From Candidatus Latescibacterota bacterium (lineage in GTDB: Bacteria > Latescibacterota > UBA2968 > GCA-2709665), in contig OZ242358.1 of NCBI GenBank assembly GCA_965208835.1, positions 1-64,000 on the forward strand: a stretch of DNA of 64,000 bases, given 5' to 3'. Positions within the stretch are counted from its first letter, which is position 1. Each line of letters starts with the position of its first letter. Shown here piece by piece: positions 36,332 to 46,138 of the stretch. A program made the position numbers and the translations under genes. Under the pieces are notes generated by a model. It was given only the letters and a program-made list of their open reading frames with translations. It ran no database searches and was not told the DNA's origin.

Positions 36332-36366
36332 AAAGCCCTGGAGACGCGATCTCCAGGGCTTTTTTT
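36332..36366. terminator. intrinsic terminator, probably bidirectional
   Basis: aaagccctggaga-cgcga-tctccagggcttttttt. Confidence 0.85.
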
Positions 36367-37366
36367 ATTCATCGAAAGACCTGAAGCGAACGGCCTGCTC
36401 CGTGTTGACGGATTCTGCAATAGCCTCGAAGTAGGCGGCGACGTTGCAGGCGTCCATGCCGTTCACCGAGGGCGTGGCGCCGGTCTGCGCGCAGTGCGCG
36501 AATTCGACGAGTTCCTCGTACTGTTCGTCGATCCGGCCGAAGGCCTCCCTATGGCGATTCTCCGGGCCGATCAGGGTGACGGCATTTTCGTCGTGGCTGT
36601 CCCACGTGACCCTGGCCTCGCTGCCCGCGAAGGTGATTTCGTATCCCAGATGCGAGACGTACGACGCGCCGATATAGGAAAGTCGTCCGTCCGCGTACCG
36701 GCCGATAACGGCGCCCAGGTCCGGAGACTCTCCAGCGCCGTCTCGCTTGGACATGAAGGCGGCGATGCTTTCAGGGGCGCCCATGATGTCCAGAATCAGG
36801 TCGATGAAGACAACGGCCATCTGCGCGAAGGGCAGTAGGGGCGCGTTCCTGATGTGGTACCGCCAGTTGTCCGGCGTGAGACCGTACGCGGCGGCGCCCC
36901 CGACCGATGCTTCGACCGAGTGCAATGTGCCTATATCCCCTGCATCGAGACGTTTCTTCAGATGGGAAACGGCCGGGTTCCTGCGGAGGTTATGGCCGGC
37001 CATATAGGTGAGGTCATGTTTCTCCGCGAGCCGCATCATCTCCACGGCCTGAGCGCGGCTCGTCGTCACTGGCACGTTGACGAAGACGTGTTTGCCGTGG
37101 GCCGTACAGATCTTGAAGTCATCGTAATGGCGCGGGTTGGGTGTGGTGATGACGACGCCGTCCACGTCAGGGTCGCCGGCCAGGGCTTCGATAGCTGGCG
37201 CCCGCTTTGCGCCGAACTCCCTGGCCGCCTCCTCAGCCCGTTCGGGCACAATGTCATAGACGGATACCAGGACCAGATCCGGATTCTTCTTGACGGCCCG
37301 CTGATGGTTTATGGCGTAGTTGCCCAGACCGACGAATCCGAGGTTCATGACCGGTCCCTCAGACAA
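36365..37366 (-). CDS. Gfo/Idh/MocA family oxidoreductase
   Basis: GFVGLG, TTPNPRH, GKHVFVNVP (degenerate EKP motif), GHNLR. Confidence 0.88.
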   Translation of the reverse strand: MSEGPVMNLGFVGLGNYAINHQRAVKKNPDLVLVSVYDIVPERAEEAAREFGAKRAPAIEALAGDPDVDGVVITTPNPRHYDDFKICTAHGKHVFVNVPVTTSRAQAVEMMRLAEKHDLTYMAGHNLRRNPAVSHLKKRLDAGDIGTLHSVEASVGGAAAYGLTPDNWRYHIRNAPLLPFAQMAVVFIDLILDIMGAPESIAAFMSKRDGAGESPDLGAVIGRYADGRLSYIGASYVSHLGYEITFAGSEARVTWDSHDENAVTLIGPENRHREAFGRIDEQYEELVEFAHCAQTGATPSVNGMDACNVAAYFEAIAESVNTEQAVRFRSFDE

Positions 37367-37373
37367 AAGCGCC

Positions 37374-39056
37374 TCACGCCGTCCGTTCGATGGTGACGGC
37401 GACCTGGATTAGTGAGGAATCGTGAGCGACGGGCGCGGTCATGTTCCCCGTGAGGCCGCACCCCGCGTGCAGATAGCGCGCCATGTGCAGATCCCATGGG
37501 CCGTTGATGCCGGATATCGATATGCGGTAGGCTGCGCCCTTCCAGCCCAGGACGATCGTACCGCTGTGGATATCGTAGATCAGCTCCTCCTTGCCGTCCC
37601 AGAGGACGATTGGTATGGAGAAAATGACCTGATCGTCGTCCTTGAGGTCTGTGACCCGGTACGTGAGCCGGATGAGTTCGTCCTTGAGGTCGAGTTTGAG
37701 GTTCAGCGGGACCGGACCGTCAAGTCTGAATTCGTCCGAGGCAATCACATCCGCGTCGCCTTCCATGATGCGGTAGGCGCCGCCGGCTTCGTTGACAAGA
37801 ATGCCGAAATACGGCTCAAGCAGCGGATCCGCCTTGTCCGGCTCGGCGATCTGTTCATGGAATGCGTGTTTGACGCCGTCCCGTTTGGCATCGGCAATGG
37901 GTTCGATCATCGGGGTATTGCCAAATTTGACCGAAAGCGGCTGGAGCGGGAGGTGGTACCCCCAGTCGTGGTTGCAGAGGGTCAGAGCCAGGCGCGACTT
38001 TTCGCCGTGCAGAATCGCGTACCCCGCTTCGGCGTCGACCACGTCTTCCACCGTGGCGGCGGCGACCGGGTCGAACCCCGTCCATTCCTCGTCGATCAGG
38101 AGCGCGAGCAGCGCCCAGGCAACGAGACCCGCACCCAGGTCGGTGTTCAGACGGTTGTAGGTCCATTCCAGGCCGGCGACGGCAAAAGGCGACAGATGGT
38201 TCGGCGTATGGGAGAATACGCCCCTGTCAGGATTGAAGGACTGGCAGAAGTCGAGAAGCGCGAGGATTCTTTCCCTGGAATTCTCACCCTCGCCTATGTA
38301 CGAGAGAAGCGCGACCATGGGGTAGACGTACATCTGGTAGATGCTCCGACTGGCAAGAAACGGGAGATGGAATTGTCCGTTGGCCATTTTGAACCACGCG
38401 CATATGGTCTCGAGGAGCCGCCGGATCTGACGCCGGTCGTGTTCGGAAGCTCTGTATCCATCTGATTCTCCATTGAGAAGAGCGGCGGCCAGGAAGGTGC
38501 CCGTTAGGTAGACGTGCGCAACGGAGTGCCCGTTCACGTCGTCATCTCGGAGAAAACCCCCCGATGTCAACCTCCTGTTGAACGCGGCGATGAATTCCCC
38601 GGATCGCTTATTGGCTTTTTCCTCCCGCCCGCCATCCAGGAACAGGTCGCACAGCAGAGACGCGGCTGAGACATGGCAATCGGACAATTTCGCGTCATCC
38701 GTATAGGATGCGGTAAATTCGGCTTCCCAGCGTTCCAGGATATCCCTGTCCACGACATCGGAAAGTATGGGAAAAACCATCGCGCCGTACCCCATCACGT
38801 ATTCCCTGAAACCGGGCGAATTTCTGGCGCCTTCCATGATCTCGGCCGTGCGTTTCATCCACCGGTCCGTCCACTTGAGGTAGACGTCCTCGCCGGAGAG
38901 CCGGTAGAGCGACGCGCCGATAACGGACCAGCAGGCCGGCGCGAAGTTCTCCGGCCGATTGCTTTCGTAGGCGTCGTTCAGGACGCCGTTGTCATCCGTC
39001 CACCGGACGCCAAGTTCGAATCCCTTCTCGAGGCACGCGGTGATTTCATCTTGCAT
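37374..39056 (-). CDS. hypothetical protein (560 aa)
   Basis: long ORF with GGAGGT Shine-Dalgarno, 7 nt from the next gene; no clear motif. Confidence 0.7.
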   Translation of the reverse strand: MQDEITACLEKGFELGVRWTDDNGVLNDAYESNRPENFAPACWSVIGASLYRLSGEDVYLKWTDRWMKRTAEIMEGARNSPGFREYVMGYGAMVFPILSDVVDRDILERWEAEFTASYTDDAKLSDCHVSAASLLCDLFLDGGREEKANKRSGEFIAAFNRRLTSGGFLRDDDVNGHSVAHVYLTGTFLAAALLNGESDGYRASEHDRRQIRRLLETICAWFKMANGQFHLPFLASRSIYQMYVYPMVALLSYIGEGENSRERILALLDFCQSFNPDRGVFSHTPNHLSPFAVAGLEWTYNRLNTDLGAGLVAWALLALLIDEEWTGFDPVAAATVEDVVDAEAGYAILHGEKSRLALTLCNHDWGYHLPLQPLSVKFGNTPMIEPIADAKRDGVKHAFHEQIAEPDKADPLLEPYFGILVNEAGGAYRIMEGDADVIASDEFRLDGPVPLNLKLDLKDELIRLTYRVTDLKDDDQVIFSIPIVLWDGKEELIYDIHSGTIVLGWKGAAYRISISGINGPWDLHMARYLHAGCGLTGNMTAPVAHDSSLIQVAVTIERTA

Positions 39057-39142
39057 TGATGGTAACCTCCCGTCGACGCTGCCCGGTCGGTGGGCGGCGC
39101 GAATCTTTCAAGAGCGGGTCCCCGCAATTCCGCGACAGCGTC

Positions 39143-40087
39143 TTACCCCGCAAGCCCGCTGTACCCCCGGTCGACGTCGGGCAGGTCGGTGGCTTTGCCG
39201 AGCGCCTCGGCCATTGCGCGCACGTGGAACGGCAGCGCGCCGCAGCAGGATCCGATGAGGCCGATGCCCATATGTGCGGCTTCAGCGGTATACTCTGCCA
39301 TGGAAAAGCGCGTGACAACGCGGGGCTCAACCTGGGTCCAGAGATTGGCGACGCTCAACGGTCGATTGAAATTCTCTCCGGGTTCGAGTTCGTAACCTGT
39401 TGGCTGCACGCACAGAGGCGCCGAAACGGCTTCCCTGACTTCGTACATCAGCGGGCGCATGGTGGACCACGGGCGCATGCAGTTGATGCCGACCACATCG
39501 GCACCGGCGTCCACCAGGCGTTTGGCGGCTTCGCCCGGACGGTAACCCTCCCGCGTAAATTCCGCGTCGCGATAGGTCATCGTAACGACGGCGGGAATCC
39601 CCGCCTGTTTTACGAAGGGAATGGCCAGGCTGACTTCATCCACGGAATAGAAGGTTTCGACGATGAAGAGGTCCACGCCGGCAGAGGTCTGCTGCGTAAC
39701 GCGGCGTTCGAAGAATTCACTTGCATTGGTCCTGTCTTCTTCGGTCATGGGGTCCCATTTGGAGCGGCCCGAATAGACGTACGGGCTAAGCGTGCCCGCC
39801 ACGAACCGGTCCGGTCCGGCTGCTTCCCGTGCGAGTTCCACGGCCTTGCGGTGGAGTTCCTCTTCGCGTTCCATGGGCCGAACGCCCCAGACCATGGCCT
39901 GCAGAACTTCGGCGCCCGCACGGGCGAATTCCTTGTGGAGTTCGAGTACGCCTTCGGGGTAGTCGAGTACGCCCATGGGGATTTTGGAGGCGTAGCTGCC
40001 AAGGCAACGGCGTTCGAATTCAAGATAATAGCCGCCATCGCAAAGCAGGGGTCCTTCGGCGATCCGGTTGAGAAAGTCGGACGGCAT
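39143..40087 (-). CDS. homocysteine S-methyltransferase family (BHMT-like)
   Basis: LCDGG, LHKEFARAGA, VETF, GINC and GSCCG zinc ligands. Confidence 0.9.
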   Translation of the reverse strand: MPSDFLNRIAEGPLLCDGGYYLEFERRCLGSYASKIPMGVLDYPEGVLELHKEFARAGAEVLQAMVWGVRPMEREEELHRKAVELAREAAGPDRFVAGTLSPYVYSGRSKWDPMTEEDRTNASEFFERRVTQQTSAGVDLFIVETFYSVDEVSLAIPFVKQAGIPAVVTMTYRDAEFTREGYRPGEAAKRLVDAGADVVGINCMRPWSTMRPLMYEVREAVSAPLCVQPTGYELEPGENFNRPLSVANLWTQVEPRVVTRFSMAEYTAEAAHMGIGLIGSCCGALPFHVRAMAEALGKATDLPDVDRGYSGLAG

Positions 40088-40149
40088 GCACATCTCCTGT
40101 ATAGAAGCAGGATTGCGTTTCGGAACGGCACAATATAACGGACTGAATC

Positions 40150-42498
40150 CTACAGCTCCACCGTTTTGAACGCGTCTCCGGAACGTACTCCGTAGGCGTT
40201 GCCGGTCTTTTTCAGGTGGAGCCCGGTCTCGCCGAAGCCCAGCGAAGTGCCCGAAGCGAGGCAGAGCGAACTGAGGGCATCGTCCTGGATCGTCACGACG
40301 GCCGCGCGTCCCTTCAGGGACAGTCCGTCGAAACGCGCCTCCTCCCGCGAGGGGTTATACAACAGGAGAAAGCGTTCACTCTCCGTGTGGATCCGGAGCG
40401 CCAACGTGGCGTCGGACAGCGTTCGGCATTCGATTTCGATCGCGGGAGGGCGGTGCGTGAATGGCGCGTGTACGGCGGCGAATACGGCAACCGGACCGGG
40501 ACGGATAACCTGGAGGTGGCCGCGGTACGGGAGAACGGCACCGGGCTTCAGGGTACCTCCGTCGGCATGCAGGTCTTCGATCACGTCCTCTTCGGGAGGA
40601 CATTCGGAGACTGTAACCTCGGTGTCGGAGATTCTCGGGATGATCGTCCGCAAGCCGCCGCGATCCATCGTCCACGTGGCGGTGACGTCGTCAATCGCGC
40701 GGGCCGATCGGCCGGAACGCAGGGGTTCGGGGACGTCTGAAGGCACGAGGGCGTCGAGGCCCGCGACCTCCAGATCTCCGGATCGCGCGTGCAGCATCCA
40801 GGTGTACGACCTCTTGTCTCCTGAGACGCTGAAGACGTCGGCGATGAGGGGTTCGCCCGAACTTCGCGGCAGCAACGCGATAAGGCGGGCGTTGCCTGGC
40901 GGCAGGCCCGCCTCGGCCAGCTTCGGACCCGGGGTCACGCACCACATGAGCGGTTTTCCTCCCTCGCCCTGTTCCGCACATTCCAGGACGGTATTGTGCG
41001 ATAGCGGACCGCGTTCCCACAGGCGGGCCCACTCCGGATTCCAGTTGTATCCCATTTCCGTCACCATTTCCCGCCCGCACGACCAGAGGACGAAATTGAG
41101 ATAGTCTTTCTGCTTGTGGGCGGCCGGGATATAGGGACCGTAGTCGATAAAGGCCATGGTCCGCGACGGCTTGTCTTCGCCGTGACGAAGAATCATGAGT
41201 CCGATATCGGGCAGGTGGGCGCTCGCAGCGGCGTAGGGTTCGCCGTCACTTTCGACCGCGGCATCCGGATCGCGGTAGAAGAGCGAATATTCGGTTCCTC
41301 CGTTCAGGTTGCCGCCCCAAACGGTCTTGAGATGTCGCAGCGCCTTCTGATTGTTGTAGACGATATAGGCGATTTCGGAACAAAAGGTGCGCAATGGACT
41401 TCCAACGTGCGAATCGTTGATCGCCGGGTTGGTGTCGTCGGGGAAAGCCGCATCCAGAAACCAGGTATAACACTTCTCCAGAAGGGCGCATCGGGGATTG
41501 GCGTACACGTCGGTGTCCAGATTGCCACGGATGATTTCCGGGATGCCGATGGTCGTCTGGAGCAGCCCCAGGGTGTAGTCGGCCGTGCATTCGTAAAACG
41601 CGCCATCCTGGAAGAACACGCCGGCCTCGGGCTTGAGCATGTCTTCGTACAACGTGACAACGGATCGCAGGATTTCCCGGTCGCTCGCCAGCGCGGCGGA
41701 AGCCGCGATGCACCACCACGCGCCTCCGTGGTCCTGAATGGAATAGTGGGAGAGATACGGTGAGAGGTCATCCGAATATTGATATCCCTCGAGCGTCGAG
41801 GTTCCCGGGTTGTTGAAGGACTCGACGAAATAGTCCCGTACATATTCGACAAAGGCATCGATGGACCGGCGCTGTTCGTCTTTAAATACGTCTGAGTCGC
41901 GGATGAGGTCATACGCGATCAGCACGGTTCGGGCGCACCACGCATCCCTCTGTTTCCAGCCGTCGACTTTTCCGTAATACGGATCGTTCTGATCGTGCCA
42001 GACGTTCTTGTTGACCTGGTTCAGCCGGTAGCTCTCGAAGACTTCAGCGAATCGTTCGACCAGAATGGCGGCTTTTTCGGCGTATCGCACGTCGCCTTCG
42101 ATACCGTAAGCAATTCCGGCGCTCTCCAGGCCGCCAAGGATGTACTTCAGGCGATAAGTGCGGACCACCGCCTGGATATTCCATGTTTCGGAAGTGTCCT
42201 CCGGGTCCCAGTCCCACGTCGCCTTGCAGTCCGTGCATTGAAGCGTGTCGCCCTGGTTGATCAGGCTGTAGGCATACCAGGGTCCGCAACCGCAGTCGGG
42301 ACAGACGACGGTGACGAGCGGCGTCTGGTCACTGATGAAAGACCGCATCCGGTCACGGTCCATCGTCAGATAGTAGCCTGCCTGTGATTTGATCTGACCA
42401 TAGAGATCCTTGGCCCACGCGTGTCGGTTGATATTTTCCCCGGCGCGCGCAAGGTCGTCGGGTTTGTACATGGTGCACGGAATTCGATGGGTTCTCAT
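40150..42498 (-). CDS. heparinase II/III-like polysaccharide lyase family protein
   Basis: DGAFYE...Y, PD...PAINDS, GLMILR, H...D.LNF, G...SHNTV, W.LH. Confidence 0.8.
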   Translation of the reverse strand: MRTHRIPCTMYKPDDLARAGENINRHAWAKDLYGQIKSQAGYYLTMDRDRMRSFISDQTPLVTVVCPDCGCGPWYAYSLINQGDTLQCTDCKATWDWDPEDTSETWNIQAVVRTYRLKYILGGLESAGIAYGIEGDVRYAEKAAILVERFAEVFESYRLNQVNKNVWHDQNDPYYGKVDGWKQRDAWCARTVLIAYDLIRDSDVFKDEQRRSIDAFVEYVRDYFVESFNNPGTSTLEGYQYSDDLSPYLSHYSIQDHGGAWWCIAASAALASDREILRSVVTLYEDMLKPEAGVFFQDGAFYECTADYTLGLLQTTIGIPEIIRGNLDTDVYANPRCALLEKCYTWFLDAAFPDDTNPAINDSHVGSPLRTFCSEIAYIVYNNQKALRHLKTVWGGNLNGGTEYSLFYRDPDAAVESDGEPYAAASAHLPDIGLMILRHGEDKPSRTMAFIDYGPYIPAAHKQKDYLNFVLWSCGREMVTEMGYNWNPEWARLWERGPLSHNTVLECAEQGEGGKPLMWCVTPGPKLAEAGLPPGNARLIALLPRSSGEPLIADVFSVSGDKRSYTWMLHARSGDLEVAGLDALVPSDVPEPLRSGRSARAIDDVTATWTMDRGGLRTIIPRISDTEVTVSECPPEEDVIEDLHADGGTLKPGAVLPYRGHLQVIRPGPVAVFAAVHAPFTHRPPAIEIECRTLSDATLALRIHTESERFLLLYNPSREEARFDGLSLKGRAAVVTIQDDALSSLCLASGTSLGFGETGLHLKKTGNAYGVRSGDAFKTVEL

Positions 42499-43784
42499 AT
42501 CGTCCCCTTGTCAACCTCAAGCATCCGAGGGCGGCGGCCAGGCTGTCGGCCCAGGGCGCGAAGCCTGAAGTTTCCCCACCACGTCCGGAGGGGCTCCGGC
42601 GGATTCTCCAGCTTTCTGCCTTGCGTCTTCTGGATGGAAGTGAGCCGCGCGGCCCCCAGCAGGCCGGGGTGTAGAGAAATCGTGTCGATGCCGCGGGTCA
42701 TGCGGTTTTCTTTGCCCCAGAGGCCGTCGATTTCGATTTCCGTCTCGCCTCGGTATCGCTGCGGCACGTCGTCTATCCAGATCTTCTGCTTATTTGTTTC
42801 CGCATCCCATGCGATTTTGAACCGGTATGCTCGGTCGTTTTCGGGAACGACCGAATTATCAAACGTGTTGAAACCGGGAGTTGGATGGCCGGTTGCAACG
42901 GTCATGCGGTCTGTCAGGATTCCCGTCTGGATTTTTCGGAAACACTTGATGGATCCGTCGTACTCGCCAAGCAGGATGCAGGCTTCAGCGGATACGTCCG
43001 GCGACTTGACTTCGAATTCCAGTGTGCCCCTGGGAATGACGGGAAAGGTCGTGGTCACGAACCCGTACCGTGTGATGAGTTCAAGCCATCGATTTTGAAC
43101 GGGTCTGAGCCTGCTCTCGCAGACATTGTCATCCGGTTCTCCGTCCCGTGGCGGCGGGATCGGTTTCCAGTAAAGCGGGTGATCTTCCCCGTCGATCTGG
43201 TTGCCGCCTACCGATTGCCTTACGTGCCTGACTCTGATTCGCCGGCCGATACCGACGCCGCCGGTCTGAAGTTCCAGTTTCGCGATATCCCGCACCGGAT
43301 TGTTGAACGGTACGGTGACGGGTCGTTCGCCGTCCAGAAGAAACACGGCGGTCTGGCTTGAGAAGTCAAAGCCTTCGAACGTGTAGACGTGTTCGTCGGA
43401 TTCGACGACGTACCATTTGCGCCTGGTGTGATCGTTGAAAGGACAGTTGCCTTGGAACGTGAGTACCCTGCCGGAATCTATCAGTTCCTTTCCGCCCTGG
43501 AACAGCAGGCAGCCGTCCCTCCGGATGTGACATACGATGGCCGGGCGGTCCGCACTGTCATAAAGCCGAAGGGTGTAGAGCGTGTGGTACTCGGGCTCGT
43601 CAAGCACAACCCGCATGGCCAGTTCAAGCGAGCCGGCCCGGTCGGTGATCTTCTCTTTGAGTTCACGGAAACACTGAACGGGTGTCCTCGACCCGTCCAT
43701 CTTCAGGTATCCATCCTCGCCGAAAATATAGTCCTGGTTCCCGTGGACGTCGTGCCAGTTGAAGGCCTGATGGATGTCAACCAT
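42495..43784 (-). CDS. hypothetical protein (429 aa)
   Basis: long ORF with a 4-nt overlap with the lyase gene. Confidence 0.65.
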   Translation of the reverse strand: MVDIHQAFNWHDVHGNQDYIFGEDGYLKMDGSRTPVQCFRELKEKITDRAGSLELAMRVVLDEPEYHTLYTLRLYDSADRPAIVCHIRRDGCLLFQGGKELIDSGRVLTFQGNCPFNDHTRRKWYVVESDEHVYTFEGFDFSSQTAVFLLDGERPVTVPFNNPVRDIAKLELQTGGVGIGRRIRVRHVRQSVGGNQIDGEDHPLYWKPIPPPRDGEPDDNVCESRLRPVQNRWLELITRYGFVTTTFPVIPRGTLEFEVKSPDVSAEACILLGEYDGSIKCFRKIQTGILTDRMTVATGHPTPGFNTFDNSVVPENDRAYRFKIAWDAETNKQKIWIDDVPQRYRGETEIEIDGLWGKENRMTRGIDTISLHPGLLGAARLTSIQKTQGRKLENPPEPLRTWWGNFRLRALGRQPGRRPRMLEVDKGTI

Positions 43785-43841
43785 AACAGCATCTCACGAA
43801 TTCGGGGGCCTCAGCAACAGCGTGAAATATGTAAAGATATA

Positions 43842-43877
43842 TTGTCGATTTGTATAGATTTTAATCTATTACGACAA
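43842..43877. promoter_or_regulatory. AT-rich inverted repeat, putative operator
   Basis: ttgtcg...atagatt-tt-aatctat..cgacaa upstream of the ATG at 43784. Confidence 0.45.
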
Positions 43878-43958
43878 GATTTATACCCATATCCGTTGTG
43901 TGAATCTGTCGAGATTTTCGTGATGGCGGGTTGATTGTCCTCGAACAGGACATTCCTG

Positions 43959-43981
43959 GGAGCGGGGGCGTCTCGCCCTCG
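43959..43981 (+). repeat. GGAG-footed REP-like palindrome
   Basis: GGAG-CGGGGGCG-tct-CGCCCTCG. Confidence 0.5.
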
Positions 43982-44009
43982 ACGCACCGCCGGCTTGTTT
44001 CAATCGTCG

Positions 44010-44147
44010 CGCCTTCCTTCTTCCTCTCACTCCTCACTTCCCACAGCTGTCTTTGTTCTTGCCTTTACTGACCACTGTTTTTCACTATCCACTGCCTCTG
44101 TGCTTTTTGCTTCTCTCTCTCACTTCTCACTCCTCTCCACTCTCTCC
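44010..44147. repeat. pyrimidine-rich heptamer tracts
   Basis: tctcact cctcact tcccaca; tactgac cactgtt..cactatc cactgcc; tctcact tctcact. Confidence 0.6.
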
Positions 44148-44162
44148 TTGTGGATGTCAGTT

Positions 44163-46130
44163 TCAATACCCATGAATCGAATGGCCCGCCCCGGGGAACC
44201 AGATGATATCCACGACAAGGGAAAGCCCCACGCCGGTCGTATACCCCGTCAATATCCCGAGGAAAAAAGGAATATAACGCCTGTACAGCGCCGCCCCGCC
44301 GATACGCAGGATTATAAACTTGATGCACCATGCGATAAACACCGAAAAAGTGGAAAAGTGTACATACGAGATGCCGGCGATCGCGAACCCTACCGGATGA
44401 AGCGGCCACCAGGGGAAGCGGTATTTGAGGAACGTGAGGATGGACATCGCGGCTGCCCCGATGCCCAGCAATATGGGTCGGATGCTGGTCTCGACCGCCG
44501 GGTCCTTCATTTTCGAAAGCGCATTCGCAAAGCCGCTCCGGCTGTATCGCGTGAACGGGAAGTCGTTGAAATTGTAGGCCCCGTGGGTATACCCCAGGTA
44601 GAGAGTATAGGCGATGGATGCGACCACCCCCGCGGCAAACGCCAGGAATATTGCGGCCAACACGCGGGGCCGGTCCTCGCGAGGGCAGAGGTCGGCAATT
44701 TTCGTGGCGTGAACGACGGAGGGCATGAACAGGCCCTTTCCGAACGAAGTAAGCGCGTTCGAAAAGGCCAGGACAGTGAGGCTCGGCCCGGAGAGATTCC
44801 TCGGCCCGATCAGCCGGGTAACAATTTCCTGCTGGCCAATCGGCGTGCAGACAAAGACCAGGCCGACTTCGGCCACGATTCGGGAAACGCCAAGAAAAAT
44901 GATCAGAGTTGCCAGGACGGACAGACATGCAACGCCAATCCCCATGCCGGCCCGCCAGAACCAGAATATGACGAAGACGGTACTCAGGATGAAACCCAGA
45001 ACAGCGGTTCGGTATTTCATCATTTCGTCGGCATCGTCCAGAGGCGCGCTTCGGCCAATGGCGATCCTCATCACGGATCTCAGGTGGTGTCGCGCGATCC
45101 ACAATCCCCAGCCAACCAGTGTGACGAATCCGCCGAGTTGGAGCCATGCAAACTCGCCCGTTGTCGTATAGGTACTGCTGGCGTTAAAGCCGTATCGATT
45201 GAGGATGCCGCTGCGCAGGATGAAGAGAACGCAGAAGAACCACAGGCTGAAGAGGACATCGATGTTTGCGAAGTAGGCGAAGGAGATGGTGAACATGTTG
45301 ATGCGGGTCCAGATACCGGGGAAGTATCGTTCGAAATGCACCCAGGGACCCCAGCGGATATTGGGAATCTGCGGGAATCCGGGTACGAAGTAGTGGATCA
45401 TGTTCCAGCTGATGATCCCCAGCGCAATGGCGAAGCCGATCCAGAAACGCCTTGGAAAACCGGGCTTCTCGCGGTCGGTGAGATCCAGGACCGGGCGCAG
45501 GATCGGGTAACTCAGCCGTTCGCTCTCCACCCATTGGCGTCGAAGTATGACGGAAAGGCTGGTGGAGGCCACAAAGAGGGCCGTGATCAACGCCATCCAC
45601 GCGGCCAGGGGAATGTACCAGACCTCCCAGGGAATGTCCATGCCGGGCGGGCCGCCTTCGAACAGATGGTCCAGCGCATGGTTGACGTTGCGCGGCGCCA
45701 GCCATTGGGGAATGTAGGGATGGAAGAATTCGCCCCACTGGTTTTCGGGCGTTGCGAAATAGTACGGCGCGGCAATTGCGCCCAGGAAATAACCCGTCAG
45801 TCCGACCGAAGGGATGGCGCCGCCGACCAGGCCGCCGGCCAGGGTAACCTTGAGTTCGGTGGGCGAGAGCGCATATCTCGCGGCGAGTTTCCTGCAAAGC
45901 GGATTGAGAATCAGGGCAAGGGTGAGGTAGGCCATCAGCGACCCCATCGGGAAGTGGCTGAGGGTCATGCGGGAAGCGTGGATGACGTACTCGATGTAGT
46001 TGACCCAGACGCACGCCCCGACGGAGACGAGCATGGCCAGAAGGATGGATCGGAGCGTGACGCCCCGGCTGGCGGGAACTGACGCGGACGCGGAATGATG
46101 AGCGATGAGAGGATTGGACGTAGGGGGCAT
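44163..46130 (-). CDS. polytopic membrane protein, DUF6785/DUF6784-like (putative transporter)
   Basis: many TM segments; ILRRQWVESERLSYP, WWPLHPVG, YIPFFLG; start MPPTSN at 46130. Confidence 0.7.
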   Translation of the reverse strand: MPPTSNPLIAHHSASASVPASRGVTLRSILLAMLVSVGACVWVNYIEYVIHASRMTLSHFPMGSLMAYLTLALILNPLCRKLAARYALSPTELKVTLAGGLVGGAIPSVGLTGYFLGAIAAPYYFATPENQWGEFFHPYIPQWLAPRNVNHALDHLFEGGPPGMDIPWEVWYIPLAAWMALITALFVASTSLSVILRRQWVESERLSYPILRPVLDLTDREKPGFPRRFWIGFAIALGIISWNMIHYFVPGFPQIPNIRWGPWVHFERYFPGIWTRINMFTISFAYFANIDVLFSLWFFCVLFILRSGILNRYGFNASSTYTTTGEFAWLQLGGFVTLVGWGLWIARHHLRSVMRIAIGRSAPLDDADEMMKYRTAVLGFILSTVFVIFWFWRAGMGIGVACLSVLATLIIFLGVSRIVAEVGLVFVCTPIGQQEIVTRLIGPRNLSGPSLTVLAFSNALTSFGKGLFMPSVVHATKIADLCPREDRPRVLAAIFLAFAAGVVASIAYTLYLGYTHGAYNFNDFPFTRYSRSGFANALSKMKDPAVETSIRPILLGIGAAAMSILTFLKYRFPWWPLHPVGFAIAGISYVHFSTFSVFIAWCIKFIILRIGGAALYRRYIPFFLGILTGYTTGVGLSLVVDIIWFPGAGHSIHGY

Positions 46131-46138
46131 GGAGATAG

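Noticed and set aside
43935-46082. 715-aa ORF on the + strand
   Set aside because: It is the antisense shadow of the membrane-protein gene, has low-complexity composition and no motifs.
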